IMG/VR virus record: IMGVR_UViG_3300007515_000005
From: an uncultured virus (IMG/VR IMGVR_UViG_3300007515_000005)
Lineage: Duplodnaviria; Heunggongvirae; Uroviricota; Caudoviricetes; Demerecviridae
Direction: 5' to 3' (one strand)
Length of the DNA stretch: 64,000 nucleotides
Below, in pieces: positions 20,748-29,691 of the stretch. The notes under the pieces were generated by a model, which saw only the letters and a list, made by a program, of their open reading frames with translations, did not search any database and was not told the DNA's origin. The position numbers and the translations under genes are program-made. Within the stretch, counting starts at the first letter, position 1. Each line of letters starts with the position of its first letter.

Positions 20748-21007
20748 TTGTTTTTAAGTATTGTACTTAAAGGTACAACACTCGTAACATTAGAGGGCTT
20801 TAATAGCCTATACGAATCAGTATCCCAACAAAATAAAAGAACTGTATCATTAGCTTCTCTCGCTCTATTCTTTTTATTTTGGATATACTTATTATCAAAG
20901 TCTAGGGTACAGACATTATACTTGATTTTTCTAGAATTTGTGCTTCTGTATGTTATTACTGCGTCACCGCAGTTTTTAACTGAGTCTTTAAACTCGTCTT
21001 TTTTCAC
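20744..21007 (-). CDS. Conserved T5-like hypothetical protein
   Basis: KYNVCTLDF...FCWDTDSYR; syntenic between D3 and the PC4-like gene. Confidence 0.7.
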   Translation of the reverse strand: MKKDEFKDSVKNCGDAVITYRSTNSRKIKYNVCTLDFDNKYIQNKKNRAREANDTVLLFCWDTDSYRLLKPSNVTSVVPLSTILKNK

Positions 21008-21058
21008 TAATATACTCCATTACTATTAAGAAAACTCTTTCTTTAGTAATGGAAGTAT

Positions 21059-21415
21059 TTAGTTATTTAATGCGTTAATAACACCTGCAAAATAAACAGC
21101 AGCTTTACCAGTCAGTTTATCAATAATGTCATCATCAATATTCTGTCCAGCATCACTTAAAGCATCTTTTAAAGATTGCTGTGAGTCTGCTTTACTTACT
21201 CTAGCGCCACCACCATTTGATGATTTAGCGGAACTAGTTGCAGGAGCTTTTTTAACATATACACCAGCTTTAGTTAAAATCATTCTAACACCATTAGGGC
21301 TTTCTCCTAAAGTGTCAGCTATTTCTTTAACAATCTCCATACTTGTTTCTGGAGTTGGTTCTTCTGCTGTGTATAAGCTAACGGCTTCGGCTTTACTTTC
21401 GTCAGTCCATGCCAT
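21059..21415 (-). CDS. T5 D3-like DNA-binding protein
   Basis: ESPNGVRMILTKAGVYVKK and KLTGKAAVYFA. Confidence 0.8.
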   Translation of the reverse strand: MAWTDESKAEAVSLYTAEEPTPETSMEIVKEIADTLGESPNGVRMILTKAGVYVKKAPATSSAKSSNGGGARVSKADSQQSLKDALSDAGQNIDDDIIDKLTGKAAVYFAGVINALNN

Positions 21416-21580
21416 CGTTTTTCTCCTTATTTGTTGTTGTTGTAAATTCTCGCTCTATCTCAGTAATAAGTTGATTACATTGGTCAATTTTATCCTGAGT
21501 TAAAGGTTGCCCAAAATTCATTTTTAAATAGGTTCTTAACCCATTTATTTTTTGTTTTACTTGTTCTTTCGAATGTATCA

Positions 21581-21781
21581 TTATTCTAGGTCATTTTCGA
21601 CATACTCAAGTTTTTCTTGAGCGTGTGCTGCTTTTTCTATTTCAGAATCTATTGCAGCCATTATATCGGGGTGCTCTCCAATACCTACAGACTTTCGCAT
21701 ATATACTTCTATATTTGCGTTAGCTCTAGCTATTTCACCTTGATAGCCCATTATTAGGGCGTCTTTAATTTGGTCTCTCAT
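21581..21781 (-). CDS. Conserved phage hypothetical protein
   Basis: ANIEVYM...VGIGEHPDI motif. Confidence 0.65.
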   Translation of the reverse strand: MRDQIKDALIMGYQGEIARANANIEVYMRKSVGIGEHPDIMAAIDSEIEKAAHAQEKLEYVENDLE

Positions 21782-21783
21782 TT

Positions 21784-22041
21784 TTATTCCTTAGTTACTG
21801 CATTTACATATGCGATACAAAAATTCTTTCTAGCCTTATTACTTACTGCTATATGCGGTATGAATGGTACTAATGGTATCATACAAAACGCATAGATAAT
21901 AAAAGCTAAAACCCTTCGTTTTATCATTAGATTACTCGGTTGTTTGTTTTCTATCATATACATACTAATAGACCATGTACGAAAAATCATCATAATCCAA
22001 GTACTAACATATGCAGAAACTATGACTGTCCATAGTCCCAT
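21784..22041 (-). CDS. Hypothetical membrane protein
   Basis: Two hydrophobic segments; SD upstream. Confidence 0.55.
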   Translation of the reverse strand: MGLWTVIVSAYVSTWIMMIFRTWSISMYMIENKQPSNLMIKRRVLAFIIYAFCMIPLVPFIPHIAVSNKARKNFCIAYVNAVTKE

Positions 22042-22056
22042 AACTTCTCCTTTTAC

Positions 22057-22752
22057 TTAAAGTTTAACGCCGTATTGTTCTAAGTGCTTTAAACTTCCTA
22101 AGTCGTAGGCTAATTGATGTGCGTTGAATCCTCCTGTCATATAACCAAAGTGGTCACTCCATTCAGTTTCGCCCTCAATTACCCAAATACTATATAAGCT
22201 ACAACCATATTTTTCTTCATAGTTTACATACTTAATACCTGCATTTGCATTTTGGTACTCTTTAGTATATTTCTTTTTAATTACAGCTGGAGCGTGATAA
22301 CTTGCTGACCAGACTTTTTCTCCTTCTTCAAAATTTTCACTTACACACTCATCTGGTAAGTAGGCGGGGCCTTTTCGTTTTGTTTTAGGTAGTTTCTCTG
22401 GTACTCCTACTCTGTCTAATATATTCTTAACAAAGGTAGTGCTTCTAAATAATCGTTTTGATATATCCGATATTGTTTCTCCATTCAAATAAGACTCAAT
22501 AGCATCTTTAATTTCTAAAGTTGTAGCTTTCTTGCCTCTATTTTGAGATTTTCGTACTTCTCGGAAAGATACTGTTTCATTAAATTCATTTAATATTCTA
22601 CCCAATCTCGTAGTATTATAACTTATATTTAACATTTCACAGGCTTCCTTTTTAGTTATCGGATTATCTTGATTAAGTAATGCTGATACTCTAGTAAGGT
22701 TTGCCTCGTCTAGTTTCTCTCCTGCTTTCTTTCTTATTCCTCTGACTGCCAT
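22057..22752 (-). CDS. T5 D2-like DNA-binding protein
   Basis: TKKEACEMLNISYNTTRL, a second HTH, and C-terminal YDLGSLKHL. Confidence 0.8.
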   Translation of the reverse strand: MAVRGIRKKAGEKLDEANLTRVSALLNQDNPITKKEACEMLNISYNTTRLGRILNEFNETVSFREVRKSQNRGKKATTLEIKDAIESYLNGETISDISKRLFRSTTFVKNILDRVGVPEKLPKTKRKGPAYLPDECVSENFEEGEKVWSASYHAPAVIKKKYTKEYQNANAGIKYVNYEEKYGCSLYSIWVIEGETEWSDHFGYMTGGFNAHQLAYDLGSLKHLEQYGVKL

Positions 22753-22892
22753 TATAGTACCTGTGCCAGAATTATTACTTGCATAAATAAAACTATGACT
22801 GGTACTACAGTCCTCACTAACTCTAGTGAATATTTTATTCTGCTAATGTCTTTTTCTAGCCTTTTAATTCTCTTTGTCATTAATCTCTCCTG

Positions 22893-23237
22893 TTAATCTG
22901 CGTCGTAATTAAGTTGTCTATCGTATTCTATATCTTCTTCTTTTGCTTTTATTCGTTGTCCTATTAAAATAATTGCATAATGCATTATCTTATATAAGTC
23001 TCTGTCATCATATCCGTTTTTCTTTCCGTATCTCTGTGCATATTTCATAATGTTTCCTATACAGAAACCTTCTCCATGTTGTGCATCAAAAATAACTTCA
23101 GTTGCTTGAATTTTTCCTGAGCCATAATGCTTTTCATAAGTTGCATCAATATACTCTTTTAAGGACTCTATTACCTTGTCCTCTTTAAATTCGTATATCA
23201 TTTTTTTCGTTTTTAAATTTAAAAATTCGTAGTTCAT
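22893..23237 (-). CDS. DUF3310-like protein
   Basis: HY...GFCIGNIMKYAQRYGKK...DLYKIMHYA. Confidence 0.7.
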   Translation of the reverse strand: MNYEFLNLKTKKMIYEFKEDKVIESLKEYIDATYEKHYGSGKIQATEVIFDAQHGEGFCIGNIMKYAQRYGKKNGYDDRDLYKIMHYAIILIGQRIKAKEEDIEYDRQLNYDAD

Positions 23238-23397
23238 TTTTTTCTATTTCTTAATTCTCGGTATCTTTCTGATATAGTCTGGCTTACTTCAAAGTACCAG
23301 TCTGTCATCATTACCCAAGACACTAGAAATAACCATGCCATAAGTGAGAATATATACTCAAATATAGTGAATGGAAATAAAAATATGTCTAAAAAAT

Positions 23398-23814
23398 TCA
23401 TATATCTCCTTCTGCTCTAATCTCGCTTCTAACTACTTCAAAGCCCTCTGGGTATCTAGCTTCTAGTTTTCTGATATTTTCTTCCATAACTTGTTGTGGT
23501 GTATATCCTAGAGCTGTACAACCTTGTACCCAATACCAAAGCACATCTCCAAGCTCTCGCATGAGATGAAATCTTTCTTCTTCGGTAAATTCTTTTCCTT
23601 GAAAGACTATCTTTTTGATAATCTCGGAAAATTCTCCAGATTCGGCTTGCATGCCGATAGATGCTGTTAGGAGTTGAGAGAACTCTGCTTGATGATGTAC
23701 ATGTAAGTCCATTAGTCTATCAACTAATGTTTCTGTATGCAGACTTTCGTCAGATGTTGTAAATTTTACAAATTTACCATACTCGTCTAATCTTGCTTTT
23801 TCGTCTATAGTCAC
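23398..23814 (-). CDS. MazG-like NTP pyrophosphohydrolase
   Basis: ESGEFSEIIKK, ELGDVLWY and ENIRKLEARYP. Confidence 0.85.
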   Translation of the reverse strand: MTIDEKARLDEYGKFVKFTTSDESLHTETLVDRLMDLHVHHQAEFSQLLTASIGMQAESGEFSEIIKKIVFQGKEFTEEERFHLMRELGDVLWYWVQGCTALGYTPQQVMEENIRKLEARYPEGFEVVRSEIRAEGDI

Positions 23815-23822
23815 TAAATCTC

Positions 23823-23945
23823 CTAATGTGTTGTGTTATTGTATTTGTGCCATTTGGCTAACCAAATGTTTTGTTTTTCTTCCGACCAATGTGGTGGAAA
23901 ACAAACTGTTAAATCGTCTCGTAATCTAAATTTAACTTTTTTCAT
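23823..23945 (-). CDS. Small leaderless ORF (40 aa)
   Basis: MKKVKFRLRDDLTVCFPPHWSEEKQNIWLAKWHKYNNTTH*, directly after TTGACA-17-TATAAT (23952-23980). Confidence 0.55.
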   Translation of the reverse strand: MKKVKFRLRDDLTVCFPPHWSEEKQNIWLAKWHKYNNTTH

Positions 23946-24127
23946 TATTATATTATACTAAAATATGGAAGCTATGTCAAGAACTATTTTAACCTATGGT
24001 TTAAATGGATAGCTATATGGTTGAGGTGGTGAATGAAAATGGTGAAAGTGAGGGTTAGGATATATTAGCGGAAGAGCTATTAATGCTCCCGCTATTATAA
24101 TTACTATTGTAACTCCTAACCATTCTT

Positions 24128-24511
24128 TCACTTCTTATCTTGTCCTGCTGTTGGTGCTTTGTGTGTTCCTGCATATAGTCCAAACCAAGCTGCGCCTGCT
24201 CCGACTAATACTGAAATTAAGCCTGACTGCTCTAGACTTGGTGTTGGTAAGTCCATAAACCAAAATGTTGCAAAATATAATAAAAACATATAAATACTTA
24301 AAAATATTCGAGGGAATATTCTCCAACTGTCTACCATTTGTGCTAGGAATATCCATTTTTGAAACGGATTTACGTTGCTAATATCCTCTAGTTCTCGTAT
24401 TCTGTCTTTTAATTCCGACTTTTCTTGTAACAAAGCCATGAATTTATTAAGGTCAATTTCAACCTCATTTCTATCCATGTCTCCGCTGAATTGTCCTGGT
24501 GGCATTGACAT
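24128..24511 (-). CDS. Membrane protein (coiled coil + 2 TM), possible holin
   Basis: DSWRIFPR followed by two TM helices; about 0.9 kb from the endolysin gene. Confidence 0.5.
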   Translation of the reverse strand: MSMPPGQFSGDMDRNEVEIDLNKFMALLQEKSELKDRIRELEDISNVNPFQKWIFLAQMVDSWRIFPRIFLSIYMFLLYFATFWFMDLPTPSLEQSGLISVLVGAGAAWFGLYAGTHKAPTAGQDKK

Positions 24512-25376
24512 TTCTTTTTTCTCCCAATCTAAAATGATATTCTCTTGATATCAAATTAGCCTCTTCCTCACTCATTCTGTAATACTGTATTAGAACTGCT
24601 ACTGCTTGTGAGGGATTGTATTCTTGTTCTAATAGTAAAGTTTTGTATAACTGACTCGGTTCGCCGTCGTCCATCTTTCTCCTGTTATCTTAGCCACTAG
24701 CATCAATATCGTTTATATATTTATTACTAGAATCGCTTCTGTCGATGGGCTCAATTTCTGTACTATAAATTTTTGTTAATTTATATCCAAAATCCCCCTC
24801 TTGTAAGGCTTGTGGTAACCAATCTTTTACCGCCTTATCGGTAACATCAGCTTTAGCTGTTATTGTTATTTTGTAGTCTTGTGTTTTCATATGATTGATA
24901 TATCTACTGTTTGTTTTAATAAAAATTGTTTAACTAACCAGCTTTCATACTTAGTCATATATTCTTGTTTAGATAGTCTATTTCCTGCGGCATGAGGCGA
25001 AAGATTTTCTTCCTCATGGTCTAGCCACATACGACTACAAAAGCTTTCAAAGTCTTTTTCCCATTTTAAAAGGGCTTCCCAACCTTGAAAATCTTTTATA
25101 TGCCTATTCCAGAATTTTCCTTTATAAGCATTATGTGATTTATCTACTATCTCTTTAATCGTCTTTTCCAATTTTCTTTCCTTCTGCGTTTAATCCTGCT
25201 GTACTTTGATACAACATTTTATCGTTAATTATTGTTACTGGCTTGTTTTCCAGCATTGAAAATGCTTCTGCTATGTACTCCTCTAAAGTCATTCCTCTTT
25301 GAGCGGCGTGCATACCACAATCATTTATAAAGTTATTTGATACTTCTATCATTTTGCCTTTGTATTTAAGTTTCAT
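24471..25376 (-). CDS. Run of four small hypothetical ORFs (24471-24674, 24690-24890, 24887-25171, 25155-25376)
   Basis: Tightly packed minus-strand ORFs, mostly overlapping; no recognisable motifs. Confidence 0.55.
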
Positions 25377-25854
25377 TAAATAAATTGGCCTCTGCTTCCC
25401 TTCTTTTTACTAAACCTGCGAGTACTTTTCCGCCTGCTTTGTTCCATCTTTTTATTTCTGTGCTTGCTGCGTTGTAGTTGCCTGCGTTTAGTTCTTTCAG
25501 TAAGGTACTGTTTTTGAAATTGGTTGGACCGAGATTGTATACCCATACTACTAGGGCATCAAATTGATTTTGTGTAAGTGGTACTGTTACCATGTTTTCT
25601 ATGTAGCCTTCATACTCTTCAAGCTCTGTCAGTAACATTTGCTCTGCTTGTTCTTGAGTTATAGTCATGCCATCATAGACACCTTTTGTGTGTCCATAGC
25701 CTATAGTCCATACTCCTACACTATCTTGATAAGCTGTAAGTTTACAACCCTCAAAGTATTTGAGTATCTCTGTCCCTTTTTCTCCTAATTTCATTAAAAT
25801 TCCTATTCCTATTGCGAGTAGTATTATTGCTACCCATTGTAAAACATTGTTCAT
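25366..25854 (-). CDS. Endolysin, GH24 lysozyme with an N-terminal hydrophobic anchor
   Basis: FEGCKLTAYQDSVGVWTIGYGHT (E-D-T triad), TQNQFDALV and GLVKRREAE. Confidence 0.93.
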   Translation of the reverse strand: MNNVLQWVAIILLAIGIGILMKLGEKGTEILKYFEGCKLTAYQDSVGVWTIGYGHTKGVYDGMTITQEQAEQMLLTELEEYEGYIENMVTVPLTQNQFDALVVWVYNLGPTNFKNSTLLKELNAGNYNAASTEIKRWNKAGGKVLAGLVKRREAEANLFNET

Positions 25855-25871
25855 GACATCTCCTAAAAAGA

Positions 25872-25958
25872 GAAATGCCCCGAGTCGGCTGTAGTTGCTC
25901 TCTTATTACTGAGACTTAATCTACAGACTTAGAATTTATCGAGCTGCGGGGTCATTTC
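25872..25958 (-). ncRNA. Structured RNA element upstream of the endolysin, unassigned
   Basis: Nested stems GAAATG(A)CCCCG/CGGGGCATTTC, CTGTAG/CTACAG and CTC/GAG, followed by a U-rich tract. Confidence 0.45.
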
Positions 25959-26143
25959 AAAAACTTCTACCAGTAGAGTATTGGATATAAAAGTATAAAT
26001 ACATTTGCCAATACTAATACTGCAAAAAAGCTCCATTCAACTGCCTCTTCGGCAGTCTTTTTTGTTTTAAAGATTTCTTGAACCGCTCGCAAACCTGCAT
26101 AACGATTCAAGAATCGCAATGCTGTTTGCATAGTCTTTCTCCT

Positions 26144-26578
26144 CTAACCTATTTGTATATTTTTAGGTTTTTCTGCCTCAGGGGTGTTTACCTCTAAGTT
26201 AATTACTAATAGTCCGTCTTTGAAGCCAGCGTCCTGAACTTCAACCCAATCGCCAAGAGTGAAAACTCTTTTAAATACTTTTCCGCTAAGCCCTTTATAA
26301 ATATAGCGTTCTTCTTCTGAGTCCAACTCTTGCTTTTCCTTACCTTCTATGGTAAGCTCGTTTTTGTGTTGTTTAATTTCTATGTCCTGTTTCTTCCAAC
26401 CTGGCAATGCCAATTCAATTCGGTAAGCCTCCTCTCCTATGGCAACTAGATTGTATCTAGGATAATTAGTAATGGGTAAATCTGTTACCCTATTCGCTAG
26501 CTGATTGTGCAAGCGATCAAAACCGACAAATAATTTGTCGAAATCATTAAAATTTAATGCAGTTTGTAAACCTGTCAT
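26144..26578 (-). CDS. Small heat-shock protein Hsp20 (IbpA-like)
   Basis: GFDRL, NYPRYNL, IELALPG, FKRVFTL and DGLLVINL. Confidence 0.93.
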   Translation of the reverse strand: MTGLQTALNFNDFDKLFVGFDRLHNQLANRVTDLPITNYPRYNLVAIGEEAYRIELALPGWKKQDIEIKQHKNELTIEGKEKQELDSEEERYIYKGLSGKVFKRVFTLGDWVEVQDAGFKDGLLVINLEVNTPEAEKPKNIQIG

Positions 26579-26801
26579 TTCGTTTCTCCTGTTAGCCCCT
26601 TACGGCGGCTGATGTGAGTTCCTTTCGGCAACTCGGTTATTAAATAAAGTCTGTACACTAAAACCCGACCACTGGTGGAAGTGGTACTCCTAACCTCGCC
26701 CTCGGAAAGCTCTGTTTCCTACTCGTGCCAGACATAAGCGTGGGTTTGGTTATGCAGTCCCACTTCTGCGTATTCTTTATGTGAAACTTTTAAAATTTCA
26801 C
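26579..26801 (-). ncRNA. About 220-nt structured leader or ncRNA upstream of hsp20
   Basis: Promoter at 26808-26836; multiple hairpins and long-range complementary segments; two bulged-G GNRA hairpins just before the SD. Confidence 0.55.
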
Positions 26802-27151
26802 TCTATTATTATATCAAATTTAAACCAGCATGTCAAGAACTATTTTTCAGTCCTCATCTAGTTCAAGCAATCCTTCTTTTTGTAAATAATCTATCGTTGA
26901 CGAGATTCCATGTCTTTTTGCTAGAATCCAAGTCATATTTATCGAAAATAACAAAAACATGATATAAATAATACTCCATTGTGTTTGTAAGTCCATAAGC
27001 TCTCCTTCATTGCTCAATCTGGTTAGCCCTTTCCTATGAATTTTTTCAATATATACATTATATCAAAAATGAAGCGCCAGGTCAAGATTTATTTTCTACT
27101 TACCTAAAAATAGTTCTTGACTTTGAGAGGTTAATTTGTTATAATATAAGT

Positions 27152-27331
27152 ATGAAAAAATCTCAATCAAGTAGATGGAGCGATAAAGAAATTCGCCTAC
27201 TGAATCAATGGTATGGCGATATTAGTATAGAAGAAATGAGCATTATGCTAGGTAAAACTCCTAGTGCAATTCGTTCTAAAGTCCACTACTTAAGGAAGCG
27301 CGGTTGGGCTTTTGATACCACGCGCAGATAG
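27152..27331 (+). CDS. Small HTH/Myb-like DNA-binding protein (59 aa), leaderless
   Basis: MKKSQSSRWSDKEIRLLNQWYGDISIEEMSIMLGKTPSAIRSKVHYLRKRGW...; follows TTGACT-17-TATAAT-6-ATG. Confidence 0.7.
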   Translation: MKKSQSSRWSDKEIRLLNQWYGDISIEEMSIMLGKTPSAIRSKVHYLRKRGWAFDTTRR

Positions 27332-27340
27332 GAGAATATC

Positions 27341-27610
27341 ATGAACGGAAAGGTTATACCTTTTCCCAAACCTTATATGACGACTAAAGACAAGTCGGAT
27401 ATAATTGTGAACGACATCTCTCTAATTTTATTAGATTTGCTAGAGAGAAATGGAATTAACACCGCCGACAAAGATTTTGTCTTTGATATGGCATGGGTTG
27501 TCAAATTTTTAGAGGTAACAGTCGACAACTCGCTAGGGGTAGCAAATCCCCTTTCTAAACACATCAGGCAATTTGTGCCTACGGACTTATATGAGAAAAC
27601 GCAGAAATGA
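27341..27610 (+). CDS. Hypothetical protein
   Basis: SD GGAG; N-terminal KVIPFP motif. Confidence 0.6.
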   Translation: MNGKVIPFPKPYMTTKDKSDIIVNDISLILLDLLERNGINTADKDFVFDMAWVVKFLEVTVDNSLGVANPLSKHIRQFVPTDLYEKTQK

Positions 27611-27836
27611 TAACTACAACTTTGACCGCCTTCTTAGGCAATTTAAAAGAAAAATGCAAAGAAGCGGTAAGCTAGAAGATTATCGTAATAAGCAGTATTA
27701 TAAAAAGCCATCAACACGCAGACAAGAGAAAATGAACGCTGCGAAGCGCAGAGCAGTAGCTCTCGAAAAGAAAAATCAACTTGGCCCTGAGCCAAAACTC
27801 CCAAAAATATCCAGCAATTATCAACCACCAGAGTAA
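27591..27836 (+). CDS. rpsU: Ribosomal protein bS21 homolog
   Basis: FDRLLRQFKRKMQRSGKLEDYRNKQYYKKPSTRRQEKMNAAKRR matches the S21 pattern. Confidence 0.88.
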   Translation: MRKRRNDNYNFDRLLRQFKRKMQRSGKLEDYRNKQYYKKPSTRRQEKMNAAKRRAVALEKKNQLGPEPKLPKISSNYQPPE

Positions 27837-27943
27837 TAATTACACTTTTTTATGTTAAATAAAACGGCCACAGACCGTTCACAAGATGACCTACTCAAAA
27901 ATTTTAGTTGCGATTTTGTTAAAATTATGGTATAATATATACA

Positions 27944-28143
27944 TAAATTGGAAATAAACAAGGCTAGCAGCTGTTAATCAACTCCAATAAAACTCAAACA
28001 AACAGCATCACCCGAATGACAGCTCTCCGAAGGAGAGATGGCATGAAGGCTGATGTCTGGTTATGTTTATTTTATTGATTCAATTCTAAGCAACTAATTT
28101 TACTACTTGAATTAAAACGGCTAAGCGAATTATATCCAATTTA
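27944..28143 (+). ncRNA. 200-nt irregular long hairpin RNA, 6S-like architecture, unassigned
   Basis: Promoter TTGCGA-17-TATAAT (27908-27936); ends pair as TAAATTGGA/TCCAATTTA; nested helices up to the apical CTCTCC-GAA-GGAGAG. Confidence 0.55.
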
Positions 28144-28554
28144 AAGCCAAAAAGCAAGTTACTACACTTGCGTCAATTTTTTCGGTTAAGTTTTTTGTAT
28201 AACTTCTGCCAACCGAAAATATCTAATTACTCATTATAACCTATCTACTTGGTGCTGGTATGCATTCAACTTTTACAAATTTCCCCTAGATTATTTAAAC
28301 CCCGTTGCGGTTTAGTTTAAGTACTGTAAGGTATTTGGATTGACTTCCCCGTTGCGGTTTAGTATAAGATAGAGCTGAAATGCAGTAGCCGATATTCTTT
28401 TTCCATTATCTAGTTTTACTACTGCACGCCCTTTATAAGGCAGGCTTGAAATGCTGCCTAGAATAGTCATCTTACCATAACCCATATATTGATTAATGCC
28501 AGTATTACTATACTAGCAAAAAAGAACTGGACAAAATATTTCTCAAATTTTTCT

Positions 28555-29133
28555 TTAGTCATATTTCTTTTCCCACTTCTCATTAGGTCTAAAATACTTC
28601 TCTGCTGTTTCTCTCAACCTATCTGGGCCTGCTAAAATTTCTTTTTTAGTTACTGGTTTTCTTTTATATTGATATAGGCCAGGTCCTATCTTTATTTCTA
28701 CGACTTCTTCCTCAGTTGTTTTATTTACAGGCTTTCTAATAAAGCCTCCACCCTCTAGTTTAGATATTTTCCATTCTACATCTTCCTTAGGCACTTCTCT
28801 TTTCCAATAGCCATCTGTATAATCAGCTTCCTGCTGCTTAGCTGCTTCAATATCATCACTTTCATCATGCTCTGTGCTTTCCCACAGCGGCTGTTCTCTA
28901 ATTTTTCTTCGTTCATCTACTGCTTTTCTCAAGCTCTCTCTACTTTCTTCTTTCACAATCCATTCTTTTAAATCAAGTAGATACCATTTTAGTACTCTAG
29001 CTTGTCTTCTATGAAACTTGTCATTTACAAACGAGTTATGGTAATCAATGATATGAAGTATCAACGCTACAGCGTCTTGAAAAGGTTGTCTAACTTTTGT
29101 ACTAAAGTCTCTTTTAATTTTACTTTCTTTCAT
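28555..29133 (-). CDS. Hypothetical protein
   Basis: 192-aa charged ORF. Confidence 0.6.
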   Translation of the reverse strand: MKESKIKRDFSTKVRQPFQDAVALILHIIDYHNSFVNDKFHRRQARVLKWYLLDLKEWIVKEESRESLRKAVDERRKIREQPLWESTEHDESDDIEAAKQQEADYTDGYWKREVPKEDVEWKISKLEGGGFIRKPVNKTTEEEVVEIKIGPGLYQYKRKPVTKKEILAGPDRLRETAEKYFRPNEKWEKKYD

Positions 29134-29137
29134 TTTC

Positions 29138-29341
29138 CTACTTAGTATGTCGCGGCAATTTTACTTCTACAAACCACTCATGCTGCCGCTTCACGGGGTT
29201 GTATTTCCTTAGTCTTAATTTTCTCTGCTCAGAAATCATTTTAGCTGATTTCTCAGCTGGATAAGCATATGTATAACAACTTCTGCTTTCTCCTTCAGGT
29301 ATAAGATTTACCTTTTGCTTTTTTCCTTTTTTTCTTGCCAT
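29138..29341 (-). CDS. rpmG: Ribosomal protein bL33 homolog, zinc-independent type
   Basis: KLRLRKYNPVKRQHEWFVEVK matches the L33 C-terminal signature; strong SD AAGGAG. Confidence 0.82.
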   Translation of the reverse strand: MARKKGKKQKVNLIPEGESRSCYTYAYPAEKSAKMISEQRKLRLRKYNPVKRQHEWFVEVKLPRHTK

Positions 29342-29360
29342 GTCTCTCCTTTTTTAAATC

Positions 29361-29435
29361 TGGCGGTCTAACGGAGAATTGAACTCCGACTTCAAGCGTG
29401 ACAAGCTTGCGTGTTAACCATTACACTATTAGACC
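29361..29435 (-). tRNA. tRNA-Asp(GUC)
   Basis: Reverse complement GGTCTAATAGTGTAATGG...CAAGCTTGTCACGCTTG...GTTCAATTC...TTAGACCGCCA. Confidence 0.93.
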
Positions 29436-29441
29436 ATGTTT

Positions 29442-29515
29442 TGGAGCGGGATAGGAGAATCGAACTCCTGTTCTCAGCTTGGAAGGCTGTGGTAATACCA
29501 TTATACTAATCCCGC
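29442..29515 (-). tRNA. tRNA-Gly(UCC)
   Basis: Reverse complement GCGGGATTAGTATAATGG...CAGCCTTCCAAGCTG...GTTCGATTC...TCCCGCTCCA. Confidence 0.93.
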
Positions 29516-29691
29516 AAATGTTCCACTATAATAATGCCATATAGGTACCATACTTATATAAAATAATATGAAGCCTAGAGATATCCAATCTCTTCTTAGC
29601 CATATAAACCAAAAGAGAACTACTAGTATAGCGAATACAATATCGGCAATCAGAACATTAGTATAATCAACTGTCCAAACTAGCTGTTCCT

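Noticed and set aside
25872..25958. SRP (4.5S) RNA identity
   Set aside because: There is an AGCA internal-loop resemblance, but the GNRA tetraloop and CAGG strand of SRP helix 8 are missing.
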